DNA from: a virus
Virus record (IMG/VR): IMGVR_UViG_3300009537_000025
Span: 1 to 47,586 of that record
Length of the DNA: 47,586 bases
Reading direction: 5' to 3' (one strand)
Position 1 is the first letter of the stretch. Each line of letters starts with the position of its first letter. Positions 25,783-32,503 of this stretch are shown one piece after another. The notes under the pieces were generated by a model that ran no database searches, was not told the origin of the DNA, and saw only the letters and a program-made list of their open reading frames with translations. The translations under genes were made by a program, and so were the position numbers.

Positions 25783-26679
25783 ATGCAAAAAAAGACAATT
25801 ACCAAAACGATTCAAGCATATTTGGAAGAATGGCTCGAATCAATTAATGACAAAGAACTCAGAAAGGAAGTCAAAGAAAACGTTATTGTAAGCGGAGGCG
25901 CGATCGCATCAATGTTTCTGGGAGAAAAGGTAAATGATTATGATATTTATATTCAGGATCGAAACGTTCTGATAAAATTGGCTAATTATTATGCCAAACC
26001 TTATAGTGAGATACAGATATTGGATGGCGAAGAAAAGTACGATGATGAAGGATACAACAATCAATGGTCTATTGCACTCAGAAACCTCACAAAGGATAGA
26101 GTGAGGATTTTCGTTGAAAATGATAGAGGGGTTTTCAAAGTTGATCAGGTGAAAGCCAGTAAAGGATTAAAAGAAGGAGAAGAGCTTCCGAAATTCAGAC
26201 CGCTTTTCTTTTCTCCAAATGCAATCACATTAACTGATAAGATTCAGATTGTCATAAGGTTTCATGGAACTCCAGAAGAAATCCACAAGAACTACGATTT
26301 CATTCATGCGACCAACTATTTCACCTTTAAAGACGGAGTAGTGACAAATCTTCATGCAATGGAATCTTTGATTTCAAGGAGATTGTATTATCAGGGATCA
26401 CTTTACCCGGTTGCTTCAATATTTAGAATCCGAAAATTCATGAAAAGAGATTGGGATTGTGGTGCCGGTGAAGCCTTAAAGATAATGTTTCAAATATCTA
26501 AACTGGATTTGACTAACGTTGATGTATTGGAGGAGCAATTGATTGGAGTTGATGTTTTTTATTTTGAAAAACTGATCAGCGCAATCCGAGAATCAATGAA
26601 AAAGGATCCAGCTTATGAGATCACAGATACCAAACTCGGAAAGTTGATTGACGATATATTTGAGGAAGATCACGAATAA
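25783..26679 (+). CDS. nucleotidyltransferase-fold protein (pol-beta superfamily; CCA-adding/poly(A)-polymerase-head-like motif)
   Basis: VSGGAIASMFLGEKVNDYDIYI fits the hG[GS]x9-13Dh[DE]h motif. Confidence 0.45.
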   Translation: MQKKTITKTIQAYLEEWLESINDKELRKEVKENVIVSGGAIASMFLGEKVNDYDIYIQDRNVLIKLANYYAKPYSEIQILDGEEKYDDEGYNNQWSIALRNLTKDRVRIFVENDRGVFKVDQVKASKGLKEGEELPKFRPLFFSPNAITLTDKIQIVIRFHGTPEEIHKNYDFIHATNYFTFKDGVVTNLHAMESLISRRLYYQGSLYPVASIFRIRKFMKRDWDCGAGEALKIMFQISKLDLTNVDVLEEQLIGVDVFYFEKLISAIRESMKKDPAYEITDTKLGKLIDDIFEEDHE

Positions 26680-26915
26680 TGAAAGAATCTACCAAAGAAG
26701 GATTTTTGTTTGTTGTTGTAGCCACGATTTTGACTCTCGGAGCATATCTTCAACATGAAGAGCCGTGTCCGGAGTCAGATTCATGGCGACCGCATCCAAG
26801 ATCATTCGAAGGTAAAATAGGATATGAGATACCGGATACAACTTATGAGAACAAACCCGTTGAGCATATTGATCCGATTCTCGGAAAGCCGATTAAATAT
26901 TACGTAGACCAATGA
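26679..26915 (+). CDS. small N-terminally anchored membrane protein
   Basis: 78 aa with an FLFVVVATILTLGAYL segment. Confidence 0.6.
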   Translation: MKESTKEGFLFVVVATILTLGAYLQHEEPCPESDSWRPHPRSFEGKIGYEIPDTTYENKPVEHIDPILGKPIKYYVDQ

Positions 26916-27259
26916 AAGAAAAACTTCAAATGACATACTATTGCGACTTTTGCAAAAAAATGTATGTCAGAAAAAGTGCTTGTGAAACGCATGAAAAAGG
27001 ATGTTCACATAATCCAGAGAACGACCGAAAGTGTTTTGGATGTAAGCATTTGAAAAGAGAGAATATTGATCGATATTTTGATACTTATATTGGAGAGCAA
27101 TCTGAACAAGTGAGTGTCTTTTATTGTGAAAAACTGGATACTTGTCTTTATCCACCAAAGGTTGAAGCCAAAGGAAATGCATTTGAGTTTGGCGACATTA
27201 ATAATATTCCGATGAAATCAGAGTGTGAACACTTTGAAGATTATATATTTGAATTTTAA
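26912..27259 (+). CDS. Cys-rich (zinc-finger-like) protein
   Basis: CDFC...C..H..GC and CFGC pairs. Confidence 0.6.
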   Translation: MKEKLQMTYYCDFCKKMYVRKSACETHEKGCSHNPENDRKCFGCKHLKRENIDRYFDTYIGEQSEQVSVFYCEKLDTCLYPPKVEAKGNAFEFGDINNIPMKSECEHFEDYIFEF

Positions 27260-27269
27260 ACAATCACAT

Positions 27270-27509
27270 ATGAAAAAGTTGATATTTTTTTCGACAATGT
27301 TGATATTTATCTCCTGCGAGAAGGAGTGGAAATGTACAACAGTCACGAATGATTTAGGGATGAATTATGAATCATCCGAAACGATCACAGGATCCAAGGA
27401 GGACGCTGAAGCCTATGAGCAAGAACATACATCGAGCGAGGAAGTTTACTCCTGGAGTCTGGACACAACGTACACAGTTTCTCAGGAAACTACGTGTGTT
27501 CGCAAATAA
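27270..27509 (+). CDS. small lipoprotein (start moved to ATG 27270)
   Basis: MKKLIFFSTMLIFISC signal peptide with lipobox. Track ORF 27225-27509. Confidence 0.6.
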   Translation: MKKLIFFSTMLIFISCEKEWKCTTVTNDLGMNYESSETITGSKEDAEAYEQEHTSSEEVYSWSLDTTYTVSQETTCVRK

Positions 27510-27513
27510 TTTT

Positions 27514-27521
27514 TATCTTTG
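27514..27521 (+). promoter_or_regulatory. TAtcTTTG -7 box at the start of the long non-coding spacer
   Basis: Exact TAnnTTTG match. It overlaps a weak hairpin, GAAGGG-n9-CCCTTC (27521-27541), that may terminate the lipoprotein gene. Confidence 0.3.
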
Positions 27522-27862
27522 AAGGGCTAATGAGACCCTTCTTTGAAGGATGCAAGGCTTTATTTTATCGGAGAGTACTCTGAGCCTGTAAACAATTACG
27601 AATCAGTCAACAACTCCGAGCTTTCTGGGGTAGCTTGATCGCTTAACCAGGAACATAAAACAGAGAGGGCGGATAAAGTCATTTTTTCAAAGTCTGATCA
27701 ACCGAGGAAAAATTTCACAGCCCATATTGCAGAGTTGAGGATGATGTTGGGATTGATCACCAATTGAGTCCTCCGGTCTACCACCTGGGAAAATGGTTTT
27801 TGATTGACCGAAAGGATATCATGTTGCCGGACGGAAAAAATAAGGAACGTCCGGCTTTTTTT
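27522..27862 (+). ncRNA. candidate structured non-coding transcript / long untranslated spacer
   Basis: No ORF longer than 17 codons from an ATG in any + frame, and no ORF of 60 or more codons on either strand. Hand-foldable helices (for example 27737-27773) are present, and the region ends in a strong terminator. Confidence 0.3.
27826..27862 (+). terminator. rho-independent terminator
   Basis: GCCGGACG-n14-CGTCCGGC followed by T7. Confidence 0.8.
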
Positions 27863-27863
27863 A

Positions 27864-27871
27864 TATCTTTG
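27864..27871 (+). promoter_or_regulatory. TAtcTTTG -7 box
   Basis: Exact TAnnTTTG match 20 nt upstream of ATG 27892, immediately after the terminator. Confidence 0.45.
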
Positions 27872-27891
27872 ATTTTATCAATTTTTAATTT

Positions 27892-28113
27892 ATGGAAAAA
27901 GTAAGAGCAAAATTCAAATGCGATTCAGTTGAAAATACTGAATATGGATCAAAAGTTAAATTCACAGCGGTTTGTTCAGATAAAGGAGAAAACCAAGACA
28001 TCTGTTCAGCAACTCCGAACGGTAATTGTGAGATGTGGATTGAGAAAGGATATCCTGCGGCAGAATATTTTGAGCCTGGAGGAGAATATTATCTTAACTT
28101 CGAAAAAGCCTAA
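27892..28113 (+). CDS. small acidic hypothetical protein (moron-like unit)
   Basis: 73-aa ORF between a -7 box and a downstream terminator. Confidence 0.6.
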   Translation: MEKVRAKFKCDSVENTEYGSKVKFTAVCSDKGENQDICSATPNGNCEMWIEKGYPAAEYFEPGGEYYLNFEKA

Positions 28114-28129
28114 ATTATATTTTGGTTAA

Positions 28130-28291
28130 ATGAACGGGGATTACGTTTATGAACTCTCGGATGTCTTCGGGAGGGTACGGATTGCCTCGCTAAACAATGT
28201 GACCCAACAGCCTCACGGTGCCAAAGTCGGATTGTCATGCGTAAACCTGAGTAATCTTAAACTCATTGAGGGAAAGGCTTTTCAAGACTGA
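28130..28291 (+). CDS. possible 53-codon ORF (below the track threshold); could instead be part of a structured RNA
   Basis: ATG 28130 to TGA 28291, translated by hand (MNGDYVYELSDVFGRVRIASLNNV...). The CGGATT(G/C) repeats at 28178, 28228 and 28333 are read in different frames, which argues against coding. Confidence 0.25.
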   Translation: MNGDYVYELSDVFGRVRIASLNNVTQQPHGAKVGLSCVNLSNLKLIEGKAFQD

Positions 28292-28328
28292 CACGGGAAA
28301 GACCGATAGCCTGTCACTACTAGCTATG

Positions 28329-28357
28329 CCTCCGGATTCACTAACCGGAGGTTTTTT
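28329..28357 (+). terminator. rho-independent terminator
   Basis: CCTCCGG-n9-CCGGAGG followed by T6. Confidence 0.8.
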
Positions 28358-28394
28358 CTTTCATTCTGTAATATCGCTCTGACATTCAAATTCG

Positions 28395-28402
28395 TATCTT
28401 TA
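28395..28402 (+). promoter_or_regulatory. near-consensus -7 box TAtcTTTa
   Basis: Matches TAnnTTTG at 7 of 8 positions, 30 nt upstream of ATG 28432. Confidence 0.3.
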
Positions 28403-28431
28403 CCAGATATTAATCAAAAAACCAAAATTTT

Positions 28432-28755
28432 ATGGCAACTGAACAAGAGATCATTGATGCTAGATTACAGATCAATGACAATCAGGATTTAGAGAGCGCA
28501 CTTGTTGATCTTTCAACAATCGTAGGTGGAGCGGGTGATTTTGAACTTTTCATCAAAAGAGGCGACACGCAATTCAATCTCGGTAGATTGAAGAGTGTCC
28601 TTGAATCAAGGGATGCAAATTACGATACAATGGTATCAGACATCGAGACTGCTATCTTAACCTTGCTTGGTCCGGATGAAATAACTGCTTCGACAGTAAG
28701 AAAAGCACTTCGCGATCTTGTTACGGCAAATGAAGCGAATATTGCGGCAACTTAG
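28432..28755 (+). CDS. acidic 107-aa protein in a single-gene transcription unit
   Basis: Hand count gives 19 D/E against 9 K/R. It is flanked by a -7-like box and a terminator. Confidence 0.65.
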   Translation: MATEQEIIDARLQINDNQDLESALVDLSTIVGGAGDFELFIKRGDTQFNLGRLKSVLESRDANYDTMVSDIETAILTLLGPDEITASTVRKALRDLVTANEANIAAT

Positions 28756-28774
28756 ATTTTATTATTTGAGTAAG

Positions 28775-28803
28775 AAGGTCGGCAGTGATGTCGGCCTTTT
28801 TTT
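28775..28803 (+). terminator. rho-independent terminator
   Basis: AAGGTCGGCA-gtga-TGTCGGCCTT (10 bp including G-U pairs) followed by a T run. Confidence 0.75.
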
Positions 28804-28827
28804 ATACATTTACCCAAAATTACATCA

Positions 28828-30390
28828 ATGGAGATATCAATGAGATTAGTGGATGAACTCATCCCTTACGTAAACAACCAGAAACTACATCCGGACGCTC
28901 AGATCACGAAAATAGCTTCTTCGATAAAGGAGTTCGGATTCACTCAACCAATTGTCATAGACAAAGAAGGTGTCGTAATAATTGGACACGGAAGGCTTAT
29001 GGCCGCAAAGAAACTCAAAATGAACGAAGTTCCTGTGTTGCTTATGGACGATCTTTCGGATGCACAAGTTAAGGCACTCAGAATTGCCGATAATAAGCTG
29101 AACGAATCAGATTGGAGTAATGAAATGCTGAGGTCAGAGTTTGATATTCTGGACGAAATGGATTTTGATCTTGAATTGACCGGGTTTGATCTGGACGAAA
29201 TAGTTAATATCAGGGACGAGGATGGAGATGCCGGTACCGAACCTGAGGGAGGGGATGAAGTTCCGAAAGTTGCCGATATCATCATTATAAAACCAGGCGA
29301 TCTTATTGAAATGGGAAAACACCGTGTCCTTTGTGGAGATTCTACAATAAAGGAAGATGTTGAAAAACTCATGAATGGAGAACTCGCTGATCTTGCTCAT
29401 AATGACCCTCCTTATGGAATGAAGAAAGAAAACGACGGTGTACTGAACGATAACCTCAACTATGACGATCTTCTGGATTTCAATCACAAATGGATTCCTC
29501 TTCAGTTTGAACATTTGACCAAAAAGGGATCCTGGTATTGTTGGGGGATAGATGAACCTCTGATGGACATCTACTATTCAATCCTGAAAGGTTACATCAA
29601 AGAAAACAAAATCACATTCCGAAACCTGATCACCTGGGACAAAGGAAATGGTATGGGACAACTCTCAGAGCTTCATAGAATGTATGCGACTGCGGATGAA
29701 AAGTGTCTTTTCGTAATGATGGGTAAACAGGACTTGGTTCAGAATAAAGACCAATTCCCGGACGAGTGGCGTCCAATGCTAGACTATTTCATTAATGAGA
29801 GGGAAAAGATGGGATGGACAAATAAAAAGGTCGTTGAGATCACAGGCAAAACCACTGCCTCTCATTATTTCACCGAATCACAATTCCTTCTACCAACTGA
29901 GGATGCTTATGAGAAAATACAGAAAGCCGCAGGAGGTAAAGCATTTACAAAACCGTTCGACCAATTATCGATGGTTACATTTGGCAATACTGATAAAGGG
30001 AAGGACGTGATCGAGGACATGAAGAAGAACCGTGCATATTTTAACAATACGCATGACAACATGAACAATGTTTGGCACTTTTCGAGAACTAGCCAGGAGG
30101 AGCGAATTGATACCGGAGGACACGCAACTCCAAAACCAATCGGTCTTTGTGAGCGAGTTATCGTAACATCATGTCCGGAGAAAGGTTTGGTTCTTGATTT
30201 CTTTCTCGGATCCGGGTCAACACTTATAGCTTCAGAGAATAGAGGTCGTAGATGCTACGGAATAGAACTCGATCCAAAATACGTTCAGGTTATCATTCAG
30301 CGTTGGTGTAATCACACCGGACAAGATGATATCAAGATCAACGGAAAGAAAGTTTCGTGGGAAAAATTCAAATCAGAGTCCACACAATAA
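28828..30390 (+). CDS. ParB-like nuclease domain fused to a DNA N6A/N4C methyltransferase
   Basis: N-terminus: QPIVIDKEGVVIIGHGRLMAAKKL...RIADNKLNE (ParB-type). Middle: HNDPPYGM. C-terminus: VLDFFLGSGSTLIASE...GIELDPKY. Confidence 0.8.
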   Translation: MEISMRLVDELIPYVNNQKLHPDAQITKIASSIKEFGFTQPIVIDKEGVVIIGHGRLMAAKKLKMNEVPVLLMDDLSDAQVKALRIADNKLNESDWSNEMLRSEFDILDEMDFDLELTGFDLDEIVNIRDEDGDAGTEPEGGDEVPKVADIIIIKPGDLIEMGKHRVLCGDSTIKEDVEKLMNGELADLAHNDPPYGMKKENDGVLNDNLNYDDLLDFNHKWIPLQFEHLTKKGSWYCWGIDEPLMDIYYSILKGYIKENKITFRNLITWDKGNGMGQLSELHRMYATADEKCLFVMMGKQDLVQNKDQFPDEWRPMLDYFINEREKMGWTNKKVVEITGKTTASHYFTESQFLLPTEDAYEKIQKAAGGKAFTKPFDQLSMVTFGNTDKGKDVIEDMKKNRAYFNNTHDNMNNVWHFSRTSQEERIDTGGHATPKPIGLCERVIVTSCPEKGLVLDFFLGSGSTLIASENRGRRCYGIELDPKYVQVIIQRWCNHTGQDDIKINGKKVSWEKFKSESTQ

Positions 30391-30399
30391 AAATTTTCG

Positions 30400-30407
30400 T
30401 ACATTTG
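30400..30407 (+). promoter_or_regulatory. TAcaTTTG -7 box
   Basis: Exact TAnnTTTG match 17 nt upstream of ATG 30425. Confidence 0.45.
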
Positions 30408-30424
30408 TTTTCAAGACATCAAAG

Positions 30425-30697
30425 ATGAGTGATACATCAACCGAAAATAAGAGTCCGAGCAGGAAAGAGATAAAGAGGCAGTTGAAGTTGGCAAAACGTG
30501 CTGAGAAGAAAGCTAAATTTCTCAAAAAGATGAAGGACGCATCACAATCGATGCGGATTTTACTTTATCTGAAATATCACGCATGGACTCTTCTCTCAAT
30601 GCAACTATACGCTATAATTATTTTTGGAATCGTCATGGGATTTGTGGCGAAAATAATCTGGGAGATATGGTCGATGATTTTCAGCATACATCTTTAA
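30425..30697 (+). CDS. small protein with a basic N-terminus and a C-terminal TM helix (start moved to ATG 30425)
   Basis: The track ORF 30326-30697 would overlap the MTase. ATG 30425 follows the -7 box. The TM segment is LYAIIIFGIVMGFVAKIIWEIW. Confidence 0.6.
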   Translation: MSDTSTENKSPSRKEIKRQLKLAKRAEKKAKFLKKMKDASQSMRILLYLKYHAWTLLSMQLYAIIIFGIVMGFVAKIIWEIWSMIFSIHL

Positions 30698-30927
30698 AGG
30701 ATGTCCTACCTAAATTGTATCAGAGGCAGTTTTTAGAGGCTTCGATATACAGTTGGATCCGTGGGCAGATTGCGCTCCTTCCGAATATCACCATTGAACA
30801 GGCGATTGACGGATTTTATAAGGAGTTCCAGATCACAGAATCAGACGTGTCTCGAAGCTCGATAAGAACTACATACCACCGAATGGTTAAAGAGTTTTAC
30901 GAGAATGAAAGGACAAAAGGAACATAG
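30667..30927 (+). CDS. hypothetical protein (start moved to ATG 30667)
   Basis: Track ORF 30583-30927. The internal ATG minimises the overlap. Confidence 0.5.
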   Translation: MVDDFQHTSLKDVLPKLYQRQFLEASIYSWIRGQIALLPNITIEQAIDGFYKEFQITESDVSRSSIRTTYHRMVKEFYENERTKGT

Positions 30928-31276
30928 ATTGCAAGTCGCCTGTATCAATTGGTTCAGGTATATGTATCCTAAATATCGCAGACTCCTTTGGGCGACTCCA
31001 AACGGAGGCACCAGAAATAAACTCGAAGCGATCAAACTCAAAAAAGAGGGAGTTCTCCCTGGAGTATCTGATCTGTCTTTAATGATACCGAATAAAGACT
31101 ATCCAGGTTTCTTTATTGAACTGAAGGTCGGATACAACAAACAGACCGATAATCAAATTCTCTTCCAAGAAGATGTCAGAAAGATGGGATTCCGATACGA
31201 GGTTATCCGGACCTTTGACCAATTCGTCGAAGAGGTTACTAAATACATGGAAAATGAGATTCAAAGTATGGGATAA
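30905..31276 (+). CDS. VRR-NUC domain nuclease
   Basis: EHRLQVACINWF...GVLPGVSDLSLMIP...FFIELKVG...QTDNQILFQEDVRKMGF gives the D...ExK...Q layout typical of VRR-NUC. Confidence 0.65.
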   Translation: MKGQKEHRLQVACINWFRYMYPKYRRLLWATPNGGTRNKLEAIKLKKEGVLPGVSDLSLMIPNKDYPGFFIELKVGYNKQTDNQILFQEDVRKMGFRYEVIRTFDQFVEEVTKYMENEIQSMG

Positions 31277-31667
31277 AGTCGAAAACAAATGGTTTGAAGA
31301 GATCAACCAGGCTCAGGACGGGAAAATAGTTCAGATGGTTCTATTTCCGAAAGGATTCCTTGTTTTGAGACAAAACGACAAAATGATCCATTGTGAAAGT
31401 ACATGGTCGGGAAGATTTCATCCGGTTATGGGATCAATGATGCCAGATAAAACAAAGACTGAAATATTCCTGGGGGATGTTCTCAGGATACGAGGAACGA
31501 AAGAACTTGGAAGAGTAGTATTTGCAAAGGGGATGTTCTGCGTTCAGCTTATCGGGACAAATGAAATGCATCCACTTGTAGATTATGCTCCGATATCGAA
31601 AATTATCGGAAATCAATACGAGCAACCTTTTTACCTAAATATAAATATCAATGGAGAATCTAAGTAA
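31254..31667 (+). CDS. YopX-like protein (start moved to ATG 31254)
   Basis: MRFKVWDKVENKWF...EIFLGDVLRI...IIGNQYEQP matches the YopX pattern (recollection). Confidence 0.55.
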   Translation: MRFKVWDKVENKWFEEINQAQDGKIVQMVLFPKGFLVLRQNDKMIHCESTWSGRFHPVMGSMMPDKTKTEIFLGDVLRIRGTKELGRVVFAKGMFCVQLIGTNEMHPLVDYAPISKIIGNQYEQPFYLNININGESK

Positions 31668-32121
31668 TTACATCACAATAGCCGTAATAGGTGGAATCAT
31701 CTTGACGGCCTTAACATTCATTATAGTAAAATCGATCCGACGTTCGAGAGAATCCAAATACGGAAAGACTTTGGATAAACTTCGAAAGAACATGGTTGGG
31801 GACGAGAAAGTTCCTGATTGGAAAAGATCGACGACGGAGCTTATCGATAAGTTTCATTGGTACATGGGATTTCCGAAAGATCTTACCGGGCTTAACAGAC
31901 AACAGAGAAGATCGGTCAAACGACACTATAAGAAATTCCTCTGGAGTTGGCACTTGATCCCTAAAAAGAAACAGGATATTGGTGCAATCGTGAAGTTTTT
32001 GGCTCAGGCAAAATGCAATGACTTTGTTGTGTTGAGATATCTGTTTCCAGGCGAGAAAAGGGAGTGGTATCAGACCACCGGAAAAAAGATCATGAAAAAC
32101 CGTGAATTATCTCTCGGTTAA
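31651..32121 (+). CDS. N-terminally anchored membrane protein
   Basis: 156 aa with YITIAVIGGIILTALTFIIV, followed by a basic region. Confidence 0.6.
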   Translation: MENLSNYITIAVIGGIILTALTFIIVKSIRRSRESKYGKTLDKLRKNMVGDEKVPDWKRSTTELIDKFHWYMGFPKDLTGLNRQQRRSVKRHYKKFLWSWHLIPKKKQDIGAIVKFLAQAKCNDFVVLRYLFPGEKREWYQTTGKKIMKNRELSLG

Positions 32122-32131
32122 TTTGGTGTTT

Positions 32132-32155
32132 TTAGAATTAAAGTTTAATTTAGCC
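32132..32155 (+). promoter_or_regulatory. copy 4 of the repeated intergenic motif TTAGAATTAAAGTTTAATTTAGCC
   Basis: Near-identical to 25062-25084. It lies in the spacer upstream of ORF 32169. Confidence 0.5.
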
Positions 32156-32168
32156 AAAAAAGAAACTT

Positions 32169-32357
32169 ATGGGAATGACTATTAAATCTATCGGAGGACA
32201 ACATATTGGACACCGATTTAAATTTGAAAAGACTGAGTATGAAGTCATAGAATTTATTGACAATAAAAAACTCAGAGGTAAAACAAAAGACGGCAAAGAG
32301 ATTGATGTAAATTTTGATGAAGTTGAATTTATCGACGAACCCAAAAAAATCAAATAA
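32169..32357 (+). CDS. hypothetical protein
   Basis: 62-aa ORF. The antisense ORFs over the same region are judged to be shadows. Confidence 0.55.
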   Translation: MGMTIKSIGGQHIGHRFKFEKTEYEVIEFIDNKKLRGKTKDGKEIDVNFDEVEFIDEPKKIK

Positions 32358-32359
32358 CA

Positions 32360-32488
32360 ATGCTAAACCTTTTCATATTGACATCCATTTCCTACGGGTT
32401 AGGATTCCTTGTTTGCTTTCTCATTCAGAGAAAAAAGATCAAGAAACTCAAAAAAGAACTTATCAGCATCCCGGACATGGGATTCTAG
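32360..32488 (+). CDS. 42-codon single-pass membrane peptide (not in the ORF track)
   Basis: Hand translation gives MLNLFILTSISYGLGFLVCFLIQRKKIKKLKKELISIPDMGF. It starts 3 nt after the previous stop. Confidence 0.4.
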   Translation: MLNLFILTSISYGLGFLVCFLIQRKKIKKLKKELISIPDMGF

Positions 32489-32503
32489 GTTATCAACGAT
32501 AAA

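Noticed and set aside
27929-28129. 66-aa alternative-frame ORF almost co-extensive with ORF 27892-28113
   Set aside because: The K/R/Q-rich translation looks like off-frame sequence. The 27892 frame starts right after the -7 box and gives a more protein-like product. This could not be resolved rigorously without comparative data.
28178-28246. Apparent peptide repeat (RIASLN / GLSCVN) as support for coding of the 53-codon ORF
   Set aside because: The underlying nucleotide repeat (cggattg...) is read in two different frames, so the peptide similarity is incidental. It does not support coding.
28114-28357. Resemblance to TPP or cobalamin riboswitch fragments (GGTGCC, AACCTGA, AGGGAA; GGTGccAAAgtC)
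   Set aside because: The fragments are in the wrong order and context. There is no CUGAGA before an ACCC element and no CCCGCAAC or B12 box. The downstream gene also has its own promoter-like box after the terminator. The resemblance is judged coincidental.
28944-29514. Minus-strand ORFs 28944-29372 (142 aa) and 29134-29514 (126 aa)
   Set aside because: They are antisense to the ParB-MTase gene, whose + frame carries clear motifs. The Ser-rich sequence is typical of the reverse complement of a D/E/K-rich coding region.
32314-32502. 62-aa track ORF spanning the 32358-32503 spacer
   Set aside because: It overlaps the 3' end of ORF 32169-32357 and its sequence is not protein-like. The 42-codon frame at 32360-32488, with a clear TM helix, is preferred.
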